From Octopus sinensis (lineage: Eukaryota): a DNA stretch of 12,072 nucleotides. Both the position numbers and the translations under genes were made by a program. The stretch spans positions 1 through 12,072 of the forward strand of contig NW_021826800.1 of NCBI RefSeq assembly GCF_006345805.1, written 5' to 3'. Every line of letters begins with the position of its first letter. The first letter of the stretch is position 1. Of this stretch, positions 7,608 to 12,072 are shown piece after piece. The notes beneath the pieces are model-generated. The model searched no databases, was not told where the DNA came from, and saw only the letters and a list, made by a program, of their open reading frames with translations.

Positions 7608-7668
7608 AAGATAAATAGACTCAGGCGTGCATACATGCATGCATACATACATGCATGCATACATACAT
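7510..7668. repeat. (AGAT)n/(AGAC)n and (ATGC/ATAC)n tetranucleotide arrays
   Basis: Seen directly. Confidence 0.92.
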
Positions 7669-7685
7669 GGTTACATTCAAGCATA

Positions 7686-7897
7686 AGGCGGCGAGCTGGC
7701 AGAAATGCTTTGCGGTATTTCGTCTGCCGTTACGTTCTGAGTTCAAATTCCGCCGAGGTCGACTTTGCCTTTCATCCTTTTGGGGTCGATAAATTAAGCA
7801 CCAGTTACGCACTGGGGTCGATGTAATCGACTTAATACCTATGTCTGTCCTTGTTTGTCCCCTCTATGTTTAGCCCCTTGTGGGTAATAAAGAAATA
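7686..7897 (+). mobile_element. SINE family B with 17-bp TSD (1 mismatch) and a 20-bp head deletion
   Basis: GGTTACATTCAAGCATA (7669-7685) versus GGTTACATTTAAGCATA (7898-7914). The body is the reverse complement of the 6389-6629 type. Confidence 0.92.
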
Positions 7898-7924
7898 GGT
7901 TACATTTAAGCATATATACGTATA

Positions 7925-8042
7925 CATACATATACGCACACATACGTAAATTCACAAACACACAGAAGCGCGCGCGCACACACACAAATACACGCACACA
8001 CACACACACACACATACACACACACACACGCACACACACACA

Positions 8043-8073
<31 letters not shown>
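7925..8073. repeat. Interrupted (CA)n microsatellite
   Basis: Seen directly. Confidence 0.9.
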
Positions 8074-8075
<2 letters not shown>

Positions 8076-8228
8076 TTCGCGAATGAGATATAAAATAAGA
8101 TGATTTTATCGAATGTATTTTACAAGTCTTGCCTACTTCTGGTGATTTCAGACACTCGTTCACCCTCTCTCTTTCTCTCTCTCTCTCCCCCTTCCGTTTT
8201 TCTTTCTCTCTTACTCGACCACTAAGCC

Positions 8229-8272
<44 letters not shown>

Positions 8273-8274
8273 GC

Positions 8275-8320
<46 letters not shown>
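8229..8320. repeat. (ATCT)n array, left flank of the SINE dimer
   Basis: Seen directly. Confidence 0.95.
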
Positions 8321-8321
<1 letters not shown>

Positions 8322-8734
8322 ATTTCTTTACTACCCACAAGGGGCTACACACAGAGGGGACAAATAAGGACAGGCAAACGGATTAAGTCGATTATATCGA
8401 CCCCAGTGCGTAACTGGTACTTATTTAATCGACCGCGAAAGGATGAAAGGCAAAGTCGATCTCGGCGGAATTTGAACTCAGAACGTAACGGCAGACGAAA
8501 TACCTATTTCTTTACTACCCACAAGGGACTAAACACAGAGAGGACAAACAAGGACAGACACACGTATTAAGTCGATTACATCGACCCCAGTGCGTAACTG
8601 GTACTTATTTAATCGACCGCGAAAGGATGAAAGGTAAAGTCGACCTCGGCGGAATTTGAACTCAGAACGTAACGGCAGATGAAATACCGCTAAGCATTTC
8701 GCCCGGCGTGCTAACGTTTCTGCCAGCTCACCGC

Positions 8735-8736
<2 letters not shown>
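8321..8736 (-). mobile_element. Head-to-tail SINE family B dimer (units 8321-8504 and 8505-8736) inside an (ATCT)n array
   Basis: Both units start TATTTCTTTACTACCCACAAGGG on + and share the variant GACCGCGAAA. Only the right unit keeps the A-box head. Confidence 0.92.

Positions 8737-8818
<82 letters not shown>
8736..8818. repeat. (ATCT)n array, right flank
   Basis: Seen directly. Confidence 0.95.
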
Positions 8819-8819
<1 letters not shown>

Positions 8820-9186
8820 CATTTGTCCATTAGTAAACAACACGAAGACATAAATTATCTCTTTCCTTATGTCACTTTCATCTCAAAGCAATTTATCCAC
8901 TCAACCGATACGTCAAGGTTTCTATTACGCCTCGAGACGAAATCTTCATCGGAAAATTACATCAATTGACAGCTGCGTTGATGCCATTAATGTTGTTGTT
9001 TTGCCACAAGTCAGTTATGATCCCTCACACACACATGATCAAGGATAATCTAACCATGGCCACCTCGTCTTTTCTACACGTTTATGACGTCACTAACCAA
9101 TGTTATACTTCATTTTTAAAGATGGCAAGGTGTGATTTGAGGGAGGTTAGTGTGCTATTTCAGCAGGTCGAACAACTGCATAGAAT

Positions 9187-9325
9187 AATGTTGGTGTTAT
9201 TGGTAGTGGTGATGTTTTCAGTTGTAGTGGCGATGGCGTTAGTTGTAGTGGTGTTAGTAGTGGTTGTATTGATGTTGTTTTTGTGATGTTGTTAGTGGTG
9301 GTGTAGTGTTGGGGTGATGGTGGCT
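9187..9325. repeat. Degenerate GTN (GTT/GTG/GTA) low-complexity tract
   Basis: Seen directly; produces the poly-Val end of ORF 8966..9286. Confidence 0.8.
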
Positions 9326-9526
9326 GACGTAGAAGTAACAAACAGTATCAGAAATATATGCAAGAATAATAGTCGAAACGTATGAAGATGCAGAAAATCA
9401 ATGAGTACCTGCTGGGACCATATCTATCTTAAATGTCTCAACCACCATTTATATATATATATATTATATAAGAAATATTGAATTTCTAAATCTCTCGTAG
9501 AGACATGTACGGTGGTGGGGCGATAG

Positions 9527-9743
9527 AATGGTTGTATACTGTCAATCTAACAAGAACGTGACAGTAGGGGGGGTACACCACCGCTGTATAGCCCTAGGAA
9601 GCATCGAACGCCTCCTGATGGCTTGGACACAGGGGAAAATGTGTCAAAGCCACCAGGAGGCGTTCGATGCTTCCTAGGGCTATACAGGCGGTGGTGTACC
9701 CCCTACCGTCACGTTCTTGTTAGATTGACAGTATACAACCATT
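9527..9743. mobile_element. Palindromic MITE/foldback-like element (arms 105 and 104 bp, 8-nt spacer)
   Basis: 9527-9631 is the reverse complement of 9640-9743 with 3 mismatches and 2 small indels; spacer GGGGAAAA. TA dinucleotides lie just outside both ends (9524-9525 and 9745-9746). Confidence 0.75.
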
Positions 9744-9862
9744 ATATATATATATATATATATTATACTATATATATTATATAGTGTGTGTGTGTGTATG
9801 TGTGTGTGTGTGTGTGTGTGTTGTATATATATGTGTGTGTGTGTGCATATATATATATATAT
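9744..9862. repeat. (TA)n(TG)n(TA)n compound microsatellite
   Basis: Seen directly. Confidence 0.9.
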
Positions 9863-9974
9863 AGTTAATCCAAACATGGAAACACAAAAGGAAAAAACAC
9901 AACAACGCGAGGACATGGAACAAGTATAGTGTTATTGGACATCAGGAAAGGAAAGAATGAAGGAGGATTTAACG

Positions 9975-9976
<2 letters not shown>
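9863..9976 (-). mobile_element. Penelope-like terminal-repeat fragment, copy 2, truncated at AACGTT
   Basis: Reverse complement AACGTTAAATCCTCCTTC..GTCCAATAACACTATACTTGTTCCATGTCCTCGCGTTGTTGTG..GGATTAACT matches 1542-1650. Flanked by (TA)n on both sides. Confidence 0.6.
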
Positions 9977-10024
<48 letters not shown>

Positions 10025-10029
10025 TATAT

Positions 10030-10060
<31 letters not shown>

Positions 10061-10062
10061 AG
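9977..10062. repeat. (TA)n then (GA)n microsatellite
   Basis: Seen directly. Confidence 0.92.
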
Positions 10063-10248
10063 ATACGGAGCAAATAATACACGAAAAATACTTGCGAAGA
10101 TATTATTGACTCTATTATTATCTAGTGTAACAATTTAAAAATGATAATAACAGAACCAATAATATAGATAGGCGATTGCAGGACCCGCAAAAAAGGCATT
10201 AAATAGCCGAAGAATTAAAATGAAGCAAAGGACATACTAAGTATGTCT

Positions 10249-10583
10249 AAAGGGTAAAGACCCCCTTCGGTCATGAATGACCATGGGATTGCACCTAGAA
10301 AGTTACCCTCCTAGACACAAGTCTGGGCAAGGTGGTTTATGGAAGACCAGCAGCTGTCCATGCATACCAGCCTCCCCTCTCCACGTCACCGATGTTGTCC
10401 AAGGGAAAGGCAAAAGAGGCTGATACAGCTTAGCACCTGTGACATCGCAACTCATTTCTACAGCTGAGTGAACTGGAGCAACGTGAAATAAAGTGTCTTG
10501 CTCAAGAACACAACACGCAGCCCGGTCCGGGATTCGAGCTCACAACCTCACGATCGTAAGCTCAACGCTCTAACCACTGAGCC
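10249..10583 (-). mobile_element. SINE family C: tRNA head, CORE-like domain, distinct 3' tail
   Basis: Reverse complement starts GGCTCAGTGGTTAGAGCG (A box) and contains GAGCTCGAATCCC (B-box-like). It continues GTGTTCTTGAGCAAGACACTTTATTTCAC..CAGCTGTAGAAATGAG (CORE-like) and ends GGGGGTCTTTACCCTTT. Confidence 0.85.
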
Positions 10584-10617
10584 GAAATAACAGTCAAAAC
10601 TCTTATTTAAATCGCAG

Positions 10618-10686
10618 TTGAATTACGTACTTCAATTGAGGCACCGCTGTTTGGTCGATTTAATTTGCGCATCCAAACAATATCAG
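10618..10686 (+). CDS. Candidate internal coding exon (phase 1-1, 69 bp): (V)ELRTSIEAPLFGRFNLRIQTIS
   Basis: Acceptor CTTATTTAAATCGCAG and donor CAG|GTGAAT. It stays in frame with both neighbouring candidate exons. Confidence 0.55.
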
Positions 10687-10950
10687 GTGAATATCAAACT
10701 CTGTGCAGAAGTGTTTGCAGTCGATATATTTTTGCAGTGTATGCAGATAACACGACCCAACTTAGTGAAGAGATCCGCTCTTGGTTGTTCAGATATGCAC
10801 TTTATATAAAAATACTTTCCCTAATATTTCCGAAGTGCAGATTCCAGAGTAGATGAATAGAATATGAGTAACAAAGATATACAGGTGTCAATTCATTACG
10901 GCCGTTTCAAGCGACTCCTTTAATTGATTAATGAAAACCTTTTTCGTCAG

Positions 10951-11042
10951 ATGACTGCATAGACTTCAAACACAAAGAACCAACTAACTGCTTCAACATA
11001 TTCGTATCACCAACCAGATACAAAGTTCTAGTACTTAGATAG
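10951..11042 (+). CDS. Candidate terminal coding exon: (D)DCIDFKHKEPTNCFNIFVSPTRYKVLVLR-stop
   Basis: Acceptor ACCTTTTTCGTCAG. Phase 1 entry gives 30 open codons to TAG at 11040-11042; the implied intron is 264 bp. Confidence 0.5.
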
Positions 11043-11249
11043 TCTATTAGGCTGTCATGATATTAATTAATTATTCACCTTTGTCTAGAATATAGCTACA
11101 ACTCTCAAAAGATTTAATTGTGGATGATTGAAGACAGCATTTTCCCTATTGTCTTCGAAGTGTAGGTAACTAGGTCACTATTCTTAATTATCCCACCCCC
11201 AACAACTATAACAAATCCTAACCTCTAAATACTAGTAGGTTCGACATTA

Positions 11250-11617
11250 TACTCTTTACTCTTTCCTTGTTTCAGTCATTTGACTGCGGCCATGCTGGAG
11301 CACCACCTTTAGTCGAGCAAATCGACCCCGGGACTTATTCTTTTTGTAAGACCAGTACATATTCTATCGGTCTCTTTTGCCGGTTGTCAAGCAATGCTAG
11401 GGGGACAAACACAGACACACAAACATACACACACACATATATATATATATACATATATACGACGGGCTTCTTTCAGTTTCCGTCTACCAAATCCACTCAT
11501 AAGGCATTGGTCGGCCCGGGGCTATAGCAGAAGACACTTGCCCAAGATGCCGCGCAGTGGGACTGAACCCGGAACCATGTGGTAAGCTACTTACCACACA
11601 GCCACTCCTGCGCCTAT
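11250..11617 (-). mobile_element. SINE family A, copy 3, with two internal deletions
   Basis: Shares diagnostic GCATTGGTCGGCCCGGGGCTATAGCAGAAGACACTTGCCCAAGATGCC with copy 2 and ends CCACTCCTGCGCCTAT. Confidence 0.92.
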
Positions 11618-11873
11618 ATTATATAGACTATTTTCTAAACTCATTCTGCCAAAGAAATAACAGCAGAATTAATGTAAATATATGAATTCCAGTTGGTGAT
11701 ACGAATATGTTGAAGCAGTTGGTTGGTCCTTTGTGTGTGAAGTCTATGCAGTCATCTGACGAAAACAGTTTCCTTGCAATGGTGTAATGTTTTCATTAAT
11801 CAATTAAAAGATGCGTTTGAAACGGTCGTAATGAATTGATACCTGTACATCATTGTTACTTATATATATATAG

Positions 11874-12072
11874 TCTTTTTATTCTTTTACTTGCTTCGGT
11901 CATTTTAACTATGGCCATGCTGGAGCAACGCCATTTAATTGAAGAAATTAACCCTTGGACTTATTCTTTGTAATCTTGGTACTTATTCTATCGGTCTCTT
12001 TTGCCGAACCGGTAGCTTACAGAGAGGCAAACACATCAACACCGATTGTGAAGCGGTGGTGGTGGTGGTGGG
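11874..12072 (-). mobile_element. Older SINE family A copy, 3' module, running off the window edge
   Basis: TTGCTTCGGTCATTTTAACTATGGCCATGCTGGAGCAACGCC..GGTACTTATTCTATCGGTCTCTTTTGCCGAACC aligns to the family A 3' module. Confidence 0.8.

Noticed and set aside
8321-8736. Repeat-like arrangement that might suggest a CRISPR array
   Set aside because: Only two units of about 185-230 bp of SINE sequence, no unique spacers and a eukaryotic context.
8925-8956. Third CCGATGA motif on the minus strand (CCGATGA-AGATTTCGTCT-CGAGG-CGT)
   Set aside because: GAAA is replaced by GAGG, stem II is weak and there is no stem I. A 7-mer match of this kind is expected about once per window by chance.
8966-9286. 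ORF MTAALMPL.. and a possible exon 9011/9015-9129 with donor AAG|GTGTGA
   Set aside because: The end is low-complexity poly-Val. The phase 2 exit does not join the exon at 10618, and I found no bridging exon.
10231-10247. 17-bp palindrome GACATACT-A-AGTATGTC beside the SINE C tail
   Set aside because: Not repeated on the other side of the SINE, so it is not a TSD, and it is too short to interpret.
10520-10583. tRNA-like sequences at SINE heads (also 47-100, 1005-1060 and the family B heads)
   Set aside because: They have A/B-box-like motifs but no intact cloverleaf, and they continue into SINE bodies, so they are not tRNA genes.

Overview
AT-rich, repeat-dense eukaryotic DNA. The repeats resemble octopus (coleoid cephalopod) repeats as I remember them; this is an inference, not a database result. 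Most of the window is transposon debris and microsatellite. I see three tRNA-derived SINE families: family A (CORE-like, 5 copies), family B (Meta-like core with variable 3' ends, 7 clear units plus 1 weak) and family C (CORE-like, 1 copy). There is also a dead 3' fragment of an R4/Dong/Rex6-type RLE retrotransposon (4746-5536), a probable non-autonomous Helitron (1777-2857, minus) and a 217-bp almost fully palindromic MITE-like element (9527-9743). Two inverted copies of a Penelope-like terminal repeat are present, and one carries a minimal hammerhead-ribozyme fold with a variant core (CCGAUGA). Three short + strand segments (6882-6955, 10618-10686, 10951-11042) have AG/GT borders and join in frame into the C-terminus of an unidentified protein, so the window is probably the 3' part of a gene. 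Nearly all ORFs in the supplied track are artefacts of microsatellites or SINEs. No rRNA, genuine tRNA or CRISPR array is seen.
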